Below, piece by piece: positions 33,721 to 48,100 of a DNA stretch of 64,000 nt. The notes beneath the pieces were generated by a model. The model made no database searches. It was not told the origin of the DNA and was given only the letters and a program-made list of their open reading frames with translations. The stretch comes from Mustelus asterias. Its lineage: Eukaryota. Each line of letters opens with the position of its first letter. Positions within the stretch are counted from its first letter, which is position 1. The stretch covers positions 2,418,001-2,482,000 of the forward strand of contig NW_027590119.1 in assembly GCF_964213995.1 (NCBI RefSeq), given 5' to 3'. Position numbers and translations under genes: made by a program.

Positions 33721-36560
33721 AAAATATATCAAAAACACCAAGGACTATTCCCGGTGAATTGATTGCTGACACTGGAACATTCCAGAGACAGACTGACACC
33801 GAGGGAGTAACAGTGAAATCCATTGTCATGTCTCTGCTAGTCCAAGAGTGAAATTGCATTTGAGCATCTGTTAGAGAAAAGAAACAATTTCATTGTAAAT
33901 TAAGTGCCTTTATTTCGTCACCCCTTCACAAGGGAATGGACATACACAGATGACATTACCTTATCAGGGTAAAGATGTCAGTCTGATTTGCAATAATTCT
34001 GTGTCTCTAACACTTTACAGCGAAATATAATTCATTAGAAGAATTATTATCGATTTATGTAACTTAATGCTGGGATGATTGTGTTTCAGGTGTGGATAGC
34101 TATCATTGTAATTTGGGACTGGATATAAGAAGAAGGGAAGCAGTGGCCTCGCGTTTTTATCGCTGGACAATTAATCCACAAACTCAACTAATGTTCTCAG
34201 GACCCGGCTTCGAATCCCGGAACGGCAGATGGTGGAATTTAAATTCAGTAAAAACGTCTGGCATTAAGAATCTACTTATGACCATGATATCATTGTCGAT
34301 TGTGTAAAAACCTATCTGGTTCACTAATGTCCTTTCAAGCAGGAAATATGCCGTCCTTACCTCATCTGGCCGACATGTGATTACAGAGCCACAGCAATGT
34401 GTTTAGCTCTCAACTGCCCTCGACAATGAGTGGGCAATAAATATTGATCAGCCAGCGGCACCCATATCCATAGAATCCCTGCAGTGCATTAGGAGCATAT
34501 CGGGCCCACACCGACAACGCTCCCACCCAGGCCCTATTCCCATCCCTGCGAATTCACTTGATTCTATGGGACAATTCATCATCGCCAATCAACCTAATCG
34601 GCATATCTTTGGACAATGGGAATAAACAGGCAGACAATTGGAGAATGTGCAGACTACACACAGACAGTGACCCATTCCGGGAATTGAACCACGGTCCCTG
34701 ATGCTGTGAAGCAGCAATGGTAACCACTATGCCACCGTGCCGCCCACTAATAAATTAACAAAATAAACTCCGTATCTGATACAATGTTACACCATATATT
34801 TCCCCAACAGCTCCTAAACCCTGTGAAAATTAACGGTGAAAGAAAACTTCTTGACTTACAATTAAGCATTGAGTTGACAGAGAAACATAAAATTGACATT
34901 GACTTTTGACAAAGAAGCTAATGAATTAGAACGGACACGGCAATCAGGAAAGTTCTCCTTCAGCATCCAAATCATGACAGATCATTGTATTGGCGAGCAG
35001 CTGGTATTGGGAACACAGGATATCAGGACTTTGCGGCATAATGCACAATATCACAAGAATAAATATTTTATCTTTCACTGAAGCAGGTTATGAACTGGTC
35101 ATTTCTTCACTCATTGGCAGTTATGAGAGGGACTGTTAAATAATTGAAATCAGATTATGCTGGACAAAAGAACACGTTATACATCAGGTATAAGTTTTTA
35201 ATGAGGTGCAGAACATTGAGAATATTCCAGAAATCCCTGCTGTTCAAGGTAGATATATGATTTTCTTTTACTTTTAATTATTTTCATTTTTGTGCCTTTA
35301 CACTGATCTCATGGGACTGAGGGATTGGGGACATCAGCATACGTTGTTCATAAAGAGGCTTTAATTGTTAGAAGGACATTTCATTGGAAGCTATACAAAT
35401 GAAATAGCATCAAGTCAATTGACTAGTTTCCGATACTTTTTAATCACATAATGAAAAGTGCATTCATTTAAAATATTTGCTTCGAAGAAAAAACATTTAA
35501 AATGTGCCTTTCTTTTGGGAATAAGACATTTATTGTATAACTGACGAAGTCCCATGTTATCCTTACAGATTCACGTTAATCTGTCCTACGCAGTATTTGG
35601 CAACTGTCCAGCCTGCTGCCAAATACCCAAAAATATTTACAGGAAGCATCTGAGGGTGTTTGTTCAGTAAATCAAAAACCTGTTTCCTCAGTACTGAACA
35701 CTTGGCTGCAAGCCAACGTCAAACTCTCAGCATTGTCAATGGGGCCTATTTATAAACAAATCTACCCAGCAACAGTACTGGAGGCAATTTAATTATTTTT
35801 AAGTTGCAAACATCTATGAATGTTTCCCATTTCTTCTGAAAAGAAAGTATTCAGCTTCTCCGGCACCTTGTTAGCAACAATAATGATCTCTCCAACACAA
35901 CAAAACATTGATGGATGGATATTAAGAAAAATACAGGCAGATTATGAGAGTTGATTCAGAGAGGTGATATATTTTATACTAGATAAACATGTATGCTTGT
36001 GTTTTCTTTCACTTCATTCTTCCATGGGACGTGAGAATCTCTGGAAAGGCCAACATTTATTCCCTTTGCCTAATTTCTTTTGAACTGAGTGGTATGCTAG
36101 GGCATCTCAGAAGGCATTGCCCAGTTAGTTATATTGCTGTCCATCTGCAGTCACATCCTGATGAGACCAGGTAGGGATGGCAGATTTCCTTCATTGGGGA
36201 ATCAGAGAGGTTTATCTGGTCGCTGTCAGTATGTATTCCAGATTTATTGATTGAATTCAAATTCCACCAGCTGCCAGGGTGGGATTTAATCTCGTGTCTC
36301 CACATCATTGGCCTGGGCTTCTGGATTACTGGTACACTGGCATTAATATTACGCCACCATCGACCCAAAAATAAAGGAATGCTTGAGTTGATGCAGGGAT
36401 GAACGATAGTTGGATGCCTGAATGTTTTGATTGAGAAATCAGTGAGTGGACGGATGGATGTGATGATAGCTGGTCCTAAAATTTGCTGTTCGACAGTCGC
36501 ATATTTGTGATTTATTACTTCAAAAATCGAAGCAGGTCCTTTATTCCAAGTGTGTCAGTA

Positions 36561-38572
36561 TATAAGACCATAAGTCCATAAGACATAAGAAAGAGGAGCA
36601 GAATGAGGCCACTCGGTCCATCGAGTCTGCTCCCGCCATTCAATGATGGCTGACATTTTTCTCATCTATATTCTCTTGCCTTTTCCCCAGAACCACTGAT
36701 CCTCTTATTAATCACAAACCCATCTATCTCTGTCTTAAAAACACCCAATGACCTGGCCTCCAGCCTTCTGCGGCAAGAGATCCACAGATCCACCACACTC
36801 TGGCTGAAGAAATTCCTCCTCATCTCTGTTTCAAAGTATCGTCCCTTTAGTCTGAGGTTGTGCCCTCTGGTTCTAGCTTTTCCTACAAGTGGAAACATCC
36901 TCTCCACGCCCACTCTATCCAGGCCTCGCAGTATCCTGAAAGTTTCAATAAGATCTCCCCTCATCTTTCAAAACTCCAACGAATACAGATCCAGAGGACT
37001 CAACCGTTCCTCATACAGCAAGTCTTCATTCCAGGAATCATTCTTGTGAAACTCCACTGGACCTTTTCCATGGCCAGCACATCCTTCCTTAGATATGGGG
37101 CCCAAAACTGCTGACAATACTCCAATTGGGTCTGACCAGAGCCTTGTACAGCCTCAGAGGTACATCCCTGCTCTTGTATTCTAGCCCTCTCGACATGAAT
37201 GCTAACATTGCATTTGCCTTCCTGAACCTACACTTTAAACTTAAGAGAATCTTGAACAATGACTCCCAAGTCCCTTCGTATTTTTGATTTCCTCAGCATT
37301 TTCCCATTTAGAAAATAGTCTATGCCTCCATTCCTCCTTCCAAGCGCGTAACCTCACACTTTCCCAAATTGTATTCTAGCTGCCACATCTTTGCCGACTC
37401 TGCTAACCTGTCCAAGCCCTTCTGCAGCCCCCTGCATCCTCAATATTACCTGTCCCTCTACATATCTTTGTATCATCTGCAAACTTAGCAACAGTACCTT
37501 CAGTTCTTTCCTCCAAATCGCTAATGCATACTGTGAAAAGTTGTGGTCCCAGCACTGACCCCTGAGGCACACCACTAGTCACCGGCTGCCATCCTGAGAA
37601 AGACCCCTTTTTTCCCACTCTCTGCCTTCTGCCAATCAACCAATCCTCTATCCATGCCAGGATCTTACCCTTAACACCATGGGCATTTAACTTATTTAAC
37701 AGTCCCCTTTTCGGCACCTTGTCAAAGGCCTTCTGGAAATCTAAATAAATCATGTCCACTGGCTCTCATTTATCTAACTTCCTTGTTACCTCCTCCAAGA
37801 ACTCTAACAGATTTGTCAGATATTACCTCCCCTTCACAAAACTGTGCTGACTCATTCCTACTTTATCATGCCCTTCCATGTACTCTGCGGTCTCATCTTT
37901 GATAATGGAATTTAAAGTCTTGCCAATGACCGAAGTCAGGCTAACCGGCCTATAGTTTCTCGTCTGCTGCCTCCCTCCCTTCTTAAACAGTGGTGTTGCA
38001 TTCGCTACTTTCCAGTCCTCTGGTACATTCCCTGCCTCCAGTGATTTCTGAAAGACCACCACCAATGCCTCCACAATTTCCTCAGTTATCTCTTTTAGAA
38101 CCCTGCGGTGTAGTCCTTCCGGTCCAGGTGATTTATCCATCTTCAGACCTTTCAATTTACCCAGAATCTTCTCCTTAGTGATGGCCACTACAGTCACCTG
38201 TGCCCCTGGACTCTCCTGGAGCTCTGGCATTCCACTGGTGTCTTCCACCGTGAAGACTGATGCAAAGTAACTATTCAGTTCCTCTGCCATTGCTTTGTTT
38301 CCTGTTATTACTTCTCCAGTCTAATTTTCCAGTGGTCCAATGTCAATTTTTGCGTCTTTCTTACCTTTTATTATATTGAAAAGAACTCTCCATGTCTTAT
38401 TTTATATTACTAGCTGGCTGACACTCATATTTCATCTTCTCCCCCCTTATTGCTTTTTTACTTGTCCTCTCCTCGCTTTTAAATGCGTCCCAATCCTCTG
38501 GCTTCCCACTAATCTTTGCCGCTTTGTATGCTTTAGCTTTTGCTTTAATGCTGTGCTTGACCTTTATGCTGT
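36561..38572 (-). mobile_element. 5'-truncated, frameshifted CR1 LINE (reverse transcriptase region)
   Basis: ORF pieces include KSPGPEGLH...[25 protein letters not shown]...PQGSVLGP...KFADDTK and LRGDLIETFRIL. Tandem tail at about 36561-36590. Confidence 0.9.
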
Positions 38573-38684
38573 GCGACAACCTTTAGTCCTTCCAGATTTT
38601 CTCGGTGAATCCAATCCCCGAGATATCGGGAACAAATGAACTAAGAGCAGTCTGATTTTTTTTCCATCTGCTGATGGTGACTCG

Positions 38685-39255
38685 AGTCATAGAGTCATAG
38701 AGGTTGAGAGCATGGACACAAGCATTTCGGCCCTACTTGTCCATACCGCCCTTTTTATTAACCGTTAAGCTTGTCCCAATTTCCCGCGTTTGGCCCATAA
38801 CCCTCTGTACCCATCCTACCCATGTAACTGTCTAAACCCTTTTTAAAAGACAAAATTGTACCCGCCTCTACCACTACCTCTGCAGCCTGTTCCAGAAACT
38901 TGCCACACTCTGTGTGAAACAATATCCCCTCTGAACCATTTTGTATCTCTCCACTCTCATCTTAAACCTATGCCCTCTCGTTTTAGACTCCTCTACCATT
39001 GGGAAAATATATTGACTATCGAGCTGATCTATGCACCTCATTATTTTATAGACTTCTATAAGATCCGCTCAAGCCTCCTATGCTCCGGAGAAAAAGTCCC
39101 AGTCTATCCAGCCTCTCCCTACAATTCAAACCACCAAGGTCTCGTAGCATTCTAGTAAAACTTTTCTGCATTCTTTCTCGTTTAATAATATCCGTTCGAT
39201 AATAGGGTGACCAGAACTGTACACAGCATTCCAAGTGTAGCCTCGCCGATGTCTT
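38685..39255 (-). mobile_element. CR1 LINE 3' fragment
   Basis: Encodes RLHLECCVQFWSPYYR; tail gagtcatagagtcatag; same subfamily as 2981-3376. Confidence 0.8.
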
Positions 39256-42179
39256 CAAAATCTTCAAATCCAAGATGGAAAGAGGGATTAGGTTGAGGGG
39301 GGAGGATTGTAATATTTGGAACATATGGCCCTTTCTAGTGCAACAAATCACTCAACATATCATCACCTAAGTTAGCGAAGGTAACAGGCTAAAAAAATAA
39401 TGAGGCAATTGAAATGTTGTGAAACTCACTGGACAGATCCAAGTGGTAAATGACTTTCCAGTACTGTGTCAGTGTGCAAGGGCGGCACGTTGTCATATTG
39501 GTTAGCCCTGCTGCCTCACAACGCCAGGGACCCGGGTTCAATTCCGTCCTCAGGTCACTGTCTTTGTGGAGTTTGCAGTTTCTCTCCTTGTCTGTGTGGA
39601 TTTCCTCCGGGTACTCTCGTATCCTCCTGCAGTCTGAACATATGCAGTTCAGGTTGATTGGCCATGCTGATTTAACCCTTGTGTCAGGGGTATTAGTGGG
39701 GTTAATATGAGGGGTCACTGGAATAGGGCCTGGGTAGGATTGAGGTCGCTCCAGACTCGATGGGCCCAATGGTCTCATTCTGCACTGTAGATTCTTTGTT
39801 CTATGAATAATTAATCTGGATCTTAAGATTCTATACCGTCACATTAGATATTATAAATTATATATAACATTAGATACACGTCCTTTCAGTTACACAGTCA
39901 CTTTCAAAATGGTTACACACTCCAGTTATATATCAGGGGTTCATGTGTGATAATGAGGTGATTACGTGTCAATAAAGCACAGAGGCTGCTGGGTAGCTGC
40001 TTATTATCCTCGGTCGGATTTAATTCAACTTCCCAGTGAATTCTGGGACAGATTTGATTCTTTGGTGACAGAAAGGCCAAAATGACCTCAATAAATTTGA
40101 ATCTCAATAAACTACAATAAATAAACTGCAATTATATTTGTACCAAACAAAATGCTGAAAATAATTTGTGAAATATTTATTTATTTTTGTGATTTGCAGA
40201 TTATTAGTAATATGAGCGCCAGGAAATGACCATCTCCAAAAAGAGAGAATCTACCCATTGCTCCTTGTCATTCAATTATATTACGATACTGAATCACCCA
40301 CTATGAACATCGTCGGGGTTACCATTGGCTAATCGCTGAATTAACTGGATGTTTAAATGCTCCGGCTGGAATATCAGGTCAGCTTGCTGTGAGTAACTCA
40401 CCTTCAGACTCCCCAAACCTGTCCACCACCTACAAAACAACAACTCAGGAGTGTAATAGAGTTATTTCCACTTGCTTGAATGAGTGCAGCTCAAACAACA
40501 TTCAAGAAGCTTTATAGCATTCAGGACAACGCAGGCGGCTTGACTGGCATAGCATTTGCAAATGCTCACTCCCTCCACCACCGACAAACAACAGCAGCAT
40601 TATACACCATCTACAAGTTTCACTTCAGGAACTCACCAAGACTCCTTAGGCAACACCTTCCAACCACAGGACTGTTACCATTTGGAAGAACAGGGGTAAG
40701 AGTTACCTGGGAATATCACCTGTAAATTCCACTCCAAGTCAGTCATATAACTGACTTGGAAAAATATCGCCTTTCCTTCACTGTTGCTCGATTGAAATCC
40801 TGGAACACCCTCTGTAACAGCACTGTGTGAGTACATACACCACAGGCTTCGCAGCAATTCACCAAGTTAGCTCACCACCAGCTTACTAAGGGCAATTAGG
40901 GATAGGCAACAAATGTTGACCGAGCCAGCAACGATCACATCCCTTAAATTAAAACGTAAATATATTAATGTTTATGAATGGTTGATAACTGGTGAACAAA
41001 TTTATGCAACTTTGTGAATGGATGGCAATTGGTGAAAATAAATACCAACTATGAACATTTATTACCTTCTCTTTCTTAATGGAAGATAGGATGCGCTCCA
41101 CCGGAGATGCATGATTCAAAAGCACAACACTACCGGGAAACAAAAGCCGGCAGAGGACACTGCAACAACTACAGATATATATACATCATTGCCAGTGACA
41201 CATCTGAAAACATTCATCTGTTTGAAGATCCGGATTATCATGAAGCACAATGTTGTGTTTTTAATGGAAGATTGACTCTGGAAAATATCTGCTTTATATG
41301 CCCTATGTACTTAGCTTTACCCTCGTCAACCTCATCAAGACATTTAACACCGGTAGCAGAGCAGGGACTACCATACTTGGGAAAAAGTCGCACTCCATCA
41401 AAACTCCTCGGTCTCATTCATGACACAGAAAACGACAACATTAAACCACAATTGGTAGCTTCATGGGCAGCACTTGTAACAGAGCCAACCTCTCAAAAAT
41501 TGTCCTTCTCAGTCATCAACAAAGGTGACATTTGAAAAAGAAACCATTCTGAAATTGATGTGTTTACTCTGCGTCTATTTTTTATTTTAAATGGAAGGAC
41601 GTCGGTTATCATTGTGAAATTGATTTGTAAACAATATGACGTTTTTCAGACAACGCACGCACACACACACAGACACACACATTTTCCTTCAACTTAAGAC
41701 TCCACCTTTGCTTCCTGGGGGGTTTAGGAGACAATTACCCCAACTATCTTTCAGATGGAATGAAGAACAAATACATTTTCCCCAGCACCATGTTTGCTGA
41801 GCTGAACATTAAAGGCCCCATTGTCTCCAACAGCGCCCTGGTCAGCATTCCTCCTTCTAACCAAAATGAACAAATATACATTACCATGGATTGAGGCATT
41901 ATGCTCTGATGCTGACCTGGCAACATAGGAACAGAGGAGCAGAATTTCCCCTCCAAGCCACTCATCATCCTGACTTGGAAATATGTCGCCGTTCCTTCAC
42001 AATCTCTGAGTCAAAATCCTTAAATTTCCTCCCTAACGGCATTGTGGATCTACCCACAGAACATGTACTGCATCGATTCAAGAAGGCAGCTCACCATCAC
42101 CTTCTCAAGGGCAACTTGCTCTGGGGAATAAATGCTGACCAGTCAGCGACGCCCATGTCCCAAGAATGAATACAAAAAG

Positions 42180-42880
42180 CAGATGCAAGTCATTCACCTT
42201 CTCGAACTCGCCCCCCATTCATAAGTTCATCGCTGATCTGTCGCCAAACTCTATGTACCTGCCCTTGTCCCATATCCCTTGGTATCCCTGTTCAATATAA
42301 AAATCGATCTCAGACATAAATTTAAGAATTGAACCAGCACCCACTGGCCTTTGCGGAAGAGAGTTCCTCAAGTCCACCACTCTCTGGGTGTAGAAATACT
42401 TTCTATCAACTCTCCTGAACGACTTGGCCCTGTTTTTTTTAAAATTATGGCCCTTTATTCTAGAGCCTTCAACTGGTGGAAAAAAAATTATCCGCCCTAT
42501 CCTACCCCGTAAATATTTTGTAGATTTTTGTCAGAACACCCCTCAACCTTCTGAATTCGAGAAAAAAAGTCCCAATTTGTCTAATTTCTCCTCGCAACGT
42601 AACCCCTGAAGGCCAGATATAATTCTTCTGAACCTGCGTTCAACTCCTTCCAAAGCCAAAATCTTTCCAAAGGTGTGGTGCCCAAATCTGTGCACAGTAC
42701 TCCAGGTGGACTCTAACCAGGATTTTGCATAATTGCAGCATAACATCTGCATCCCTATACTCCAGTCCTGTAGATACAAAGGCCAGAATTCCGTTGACCT
42801 GCTTGACTATTTTCTGCATCAGTTCGTGGCATTTTAAGAAGCTATTCACTTGAACACCCAAATCTCGCTGGGCATCCACT
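42180..42880 (-). mobile_element. CR1 LINE 3' fragment
   Basis: Encodes QRDLGVQV...LVRVHLEYCAQIWAPH. Confidence 0.8.
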
Positions 42881-43609
42881 AAATTTTACTTTCTGCCTTC
42901 TAAAAACTACCTTGATCTACCATTTGGATTATTTGACTTTTTATGGCATTATCTAAGCCGTTATGATTATTGTAAATAATTGAGACCTCAAGACAGATTC
43001 CTGCGGGACACAACTTAACCTGTATTATTCAGCAACGTACATCTAATCTATAATTCGTTGCACCTTAAATTTGGGCACTTTCCGCAGAAGGGGATGTGGT
43101 CTTACATTTATGAATGTGAATTCTTTGTATATTACTCGCATAAATCATACCTGACAGCGATATATTTACAGTAACTGTAATTGCAGAATTTTGCCAGCAG
43201 ATGGAATTGGCACCTTGATGGTTTACATTACATGAAGAAGGCACTGCCTCAATAAATACTACACTGGACCCTAACTTTGCAGTTCTGCCACATGCAGTCC
43301 TGAATGGTGATGGACATTTAAACAAGTAACTGCAGCAGGAGTCTCAAATGAAAGCCCCATTCTTAATGATGGGGGAGCTCTGCAAAAGGGAAAAGAAACA
43401 AGACTGAAACAATTGCTGCCATCTTCAGCCAGAAGATGTTCCATCTCGGCCTCTCCCGGTGCCCCGAACATCACAGATGCCAGTCTCCAAGGAGGTCAAC
43501 TCATTCAGCATGATAACATGGAGGATAGGAATAGGAGTAGACCATTCAGCTCCTGGAGCCCGCTCCGCCATGCAATATGATCATGATTGATCTGTGGCCT
43601 AACCCTGTG

Positions 43610-45130
43610 CTGAAAGCATTGGATACTGCAAAGATTATGGATCCTGACAATATTTCAGCAATAATAATAGCGATTTGTGCTCTGGAGCTAGCTGAGCCTT
43701 AGCCAATCTATTCAAGTATAGCTACATCACGGTCACATACACAACAGTGTGAGAATTGGCAGACATGACCTGTTCCAGAAGGTAGGACAAACCCAACCCG
43801 ACCAACTACCGCCCAATGCGTCCTCACTCGATCAACGTAATGGGAACTATGAAGGATCATCTAAAAAAGTAAGAATAATATAATAATAACAATGCTGCTA
43901 CAACTACAAATTCTGCTCAATGAGGCTCTGTTTGGGTCCCACTCGGAGCACTCAGTTCCAGAACTCACTGAAGCTTAGCCCAAATATAGTGGAAATAGCT
44001 GCTTTAATGAGGTGAGGTGAGAGTGCCGGCCCTCGGCATCAACGCAGCACTTGACCGATTGTGGCATCAAGAAGCCCGAGCAAAGCTGCAGTCAATGGGG
44101 ATCCGGGGAAAAAAAACATTCCACTGGCTTCAGTCATACCGAGCACAGAGTAAGATGGTTGTGGCAGTTGAAAGCCAATCATCTCAGTCACAGGGCATTT
44201 GCTGAAGGAACTCCTCAGGATAGTGCCCTCGGCCTAATATTCACGCTTCAATACAAGCTCAGAAGTGGGACGTTCACTGATGATTGCACGATGTTCAGCA
44301 CATTTACAACTTCTCAGATACTGAAGCTATCCGTGTCCGTGAGCAGAAAGACTTAGAGAACATTCAGGTTTTGGCTGTGAAGTGGCATGTGACATTCGCG
44401 CCACCCAAGTGACAGGCAATGACCCTTTCAGGTAAGGGAGATTGCAATCATCTCCGCTTGCCATTAATTGAATGACTACAGCCGAAACCCCGCTATCATC
44501 ATTCTGGGAATTGCCATTGATGGAAAGTTGAACTGGGACAGTCATGTAAATAATATTGCTACAAAAGCAGGTCAGATGCTGGGAATTGTGCGCTAAGTAA
44601 CTCACCTCCAGACTTCCCAAACCTATCCATCATATAAAGGCAAAAGTCAGGATTGTGATTGAATATTCTCCACTTGCCTGGCGTATGGTCCTGAACCAAC
44701 ACCCAAAAAGCTCGAAACCACCCAGTAAAAAGCAGGCGGCTGGATGAACACCCCACCAACCACTTTAAACATTCACTCTCTGCATCACAGATGTACAACT
44801 CTAGCCGTGTGAACCATATACAACTTGTATAGGAGCAAAATAATCCTTTGGTAGCAACTTCCAAACACATTAACTCTGACACTTAAAATGACAAGGGCAG
44901 CAGATGCATGAGAACACAATTATCTGCAAATGCCCATAAAACCCCCACACCGTCTTGACTGGGATCTATATCACTATTTTTTCAGTGTCAATGGATGAAA
45001 ATCTTGCAACTCCCTTCCCATCAGCACTGTAGGTGTACTTACTCATATGGAATGCAATGATTTAAGAAGAGGGCTCACAAGCACATTCTCAAAGGAAAAA
45101 ATAGAAGTGGCAACAAATCCTACTTTACCA
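43610..45130 (+). mobile_element. Old, degenerate LINE (CR1-group) fragment
   Basis: Decayed RT motifs (ccaactaccgccc = NYRP, cctcaggatagtgccctcggc, ttcactgatgattgc). The paralogous part lies at about 27750-28385. Confidence 0.6.
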
Positions 45131-48100
45131 GTGACAACAAAAGCTCATTAAATGATTTTGAACATGTCATATCTCTGCTTACGTTCAACTAGCCCCCACG
45201 TCTGTTTGTACTGCAACAGGCCATGTCCCAATCACATTACAGCATGTCCTGTCTCTGTTATTTCTCTACTCGGCTCATTATCAGTTGTTCATAAGTGAAG
45301 CCAAGGCCTGTTTTAACGATGGTTTCTGAATTATGACTGTGCTGAAATATGTTTCAGTTAATCAGGGCGGCACGGTGGCACAGTGCCAGGGACCCGGGTT
45401 CAATTCCCAACATGGGTGACTGTCTGTGTGGAGTCGGCACGTTATCCTTGTGTCTGCGTGGGTTTCCTCCGGGTGCTCCGATTCCCACTCACCGTCCGAA
45501 AGAGTTGCTGGTTTGGTGCATTTTGCCATGCTAAATTCTCCCTCAGTGTACTCAGACAGGCGCCGGAGTGTGACCACTCGGGGTTCTTCACAGTAACTTC
45601 ATTGCAGTGTGAATGAAAGCCGACTTATGACACCAATAAATAAGCTTTAAATCTTTAATGTGGGAAGAGACTGTGTCTCAATTCCTACTGCAACAGAACC
45701 TTTATCTGTGACTCCTATACTGGAGCAACATCCTTCTTGCGTTACAAAAGTTTCGGTCACTGTCATTACTCTAACGGTTCGTTAGATCTAGTAAACTCGA
45801 CACTGTTTTAGTTAATGCTGCACAAGTGCATGTATTTGTTTATTCAACACTGTGCCCTGCCTCTGGTATTATTGCATCATGTGATCCCTCTAATTTGCTG
45901 CATTGTCCATGTCTCAGTGTATTCCAGTCTAGATCACATATTAATAATTATTACCAATGCACTATCCTTTTTCTGAGTTCATATCAGTCTAAATATCGTA
46001 TCTCTAATCATTAACAATACACTAAGTTCTGTCTCAGTTTTTATCAGTCGAGGTACTGCATCAGTAATGACCATTAACACACTGGACTCTGTCTCAGTTT
46101 ATGTCAGTCCAGAATCTGTATCAGTAATTACTGCTAATGCGCTAAGCTCTGCCTCAGTTAATATCGGTTCAGGCCTGTATCAGTAATTGACACTATATGT
46201 CTGTTTATATCGCGCAAGTTCCTGCATTCGGTTAAATTGCACTAGACACCATCTCAGTTTTTCTTGTACTCGTTGATGTCATCCATATTTTTAAAATATT
46301 TATTTCATGGGATGTGGGTGTCTCTGGTAAGGCCAGTATTTTGCCTTTAACTTCCCACAAAGCACTCGGCACGACCTCATTTCTATTTCACTGCATCAGG
46401 CCTCTGTTTATATTAAAATAGATCCTGTCTCTGTTAATACTCCGCTTGACCAGAGCTCAGTTTATGATGCACTCGACCCAATCCCTGTTTATATGACATT
46501 TGACCCTGACTCTGTCTATATTTCGTGAGACCAGGTCACTGTTAATACTGCAGTATAGTATGCCTCTGTCTGAACTATGGCTCCATTAACATTACTCCAC
46601 GGTTCTGTGAGGTAGAGAGATAATATAATGCATAAATATGCTGGGCTAAAAAAATCTGAATTGAAACGGAAAGTATTGGATCGAGAGTGTATGCTGCGCA
46701 GGATTTGATATCGATTTTCAATGCAGTCAGTAGAATGAGCTTTCAAATATCACTTCTTCTTTTCCAGTTCCCAAGACTAGTCTCCATCCGTCAGAGTTGT
46801 ACCTTCAGGAGGATGCAGAGAATCATGTTCCCATAGCCACTTTTCACATTATTGCGCATTGTCCAGTGCAGTAATAACTGAGTCCGTGCCCAATATAAAA
46901 TGAACATGAACATGGTCAAGTGCAGAACTAAGACCGCATCCAGTTTAGTACAGAGACAGGTCTATATTAATTAAAGCAGAGTCATTGTCGATCTCCATAT
47001 GAACAGAGACATGGTGACGTGTAATATTAACAGAGACAGCATCTAGATTATTATAAACAGAAAGTACGTCTAGTGTAATGTGAACGGAGACAAAATCTTC
47101 TTTAATATAAACCGAAACAGGGATTAGTTAATTTAACATCAGCAGAGACAGGTCACAGATGAGTGCAATATAGAAACAGGGCCTAGTGTCCCATCAAACA
47201 TTCCAAGGTCAGGTGTAGCATGTGGTTAGGCTCCGAATGTAAAGCTCCCTCCACAGTGCAACATTAAACACTCCCAAGCAGGTGTAGCACGGGATAGATA
47301 AAAAGTGAAACTCCATCCACACTATCTCAATCAAGCATTTCCAGCAAATGAAGACTGTTTAGAAGCAGTAAAAACCTCTCTACACTGTCCATTGAAACAA
47401 TTGGACGCTGGGACAGAAAGGGTTAGATACAGGGAATGATCGAGATACATATCAGAGAAAAGCTCCCTCTATAGATTGAATTAAATCCATTTAGTTAGAG
47501 GCCTGAAAATAGGCCTGAGAGAATATATTAGCTGGAGTTTGACTTGAAGTTGTTGAGTAAAGACAATGACCCATCGTGGAGAGACAAAACAAGATACAGA
47601 ATCAGAGAGGAGAAAGACAAAGAGAGATAAAGCACAATAAATCGCCGCAAATACATTTGCCGTGTCCTTATATTTTGTGATTAGAGGGAATCTTTCCTAA
47701 TTTTGAACATTGATAATCATAGCTTGTTTTGCGCATATAACTGATGAAAAAATATGTCCAAAAAAAATCACGACTGGAATCCAATGATTGATTTGCATGT
47801 TTGTCTCTATTTCTGTGCTGTGTTGATGGGGAAATATTTGTTGTGTTTTTGTCAATCAATAAATCTAATCTGGGATTTCTATTTCTGTGTTTATTTACAT
47901 AAACACCTCACTGGTTACAATGAGATGTTCATGGCAGCAAAACCAGATAAACCGTCATTTATTCATTAGTTTCAATTCAAATTAGCGGTTTCTTTTAAGT
48001 ATATTGACAGCAGGTTCAAAATCAATAGAAGCTTCGTGAATACCCATTTGACCAGACGCTATTTAATTCACATAAAAAAATACCCTCTAATCAAGAATTT

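Noticed and set aside
45750-47190. CRISPR-like repeat-spacer array
   Set aside because: Vertebrate DNA, degenerate tandem units without unique spacers, and no cas genes.
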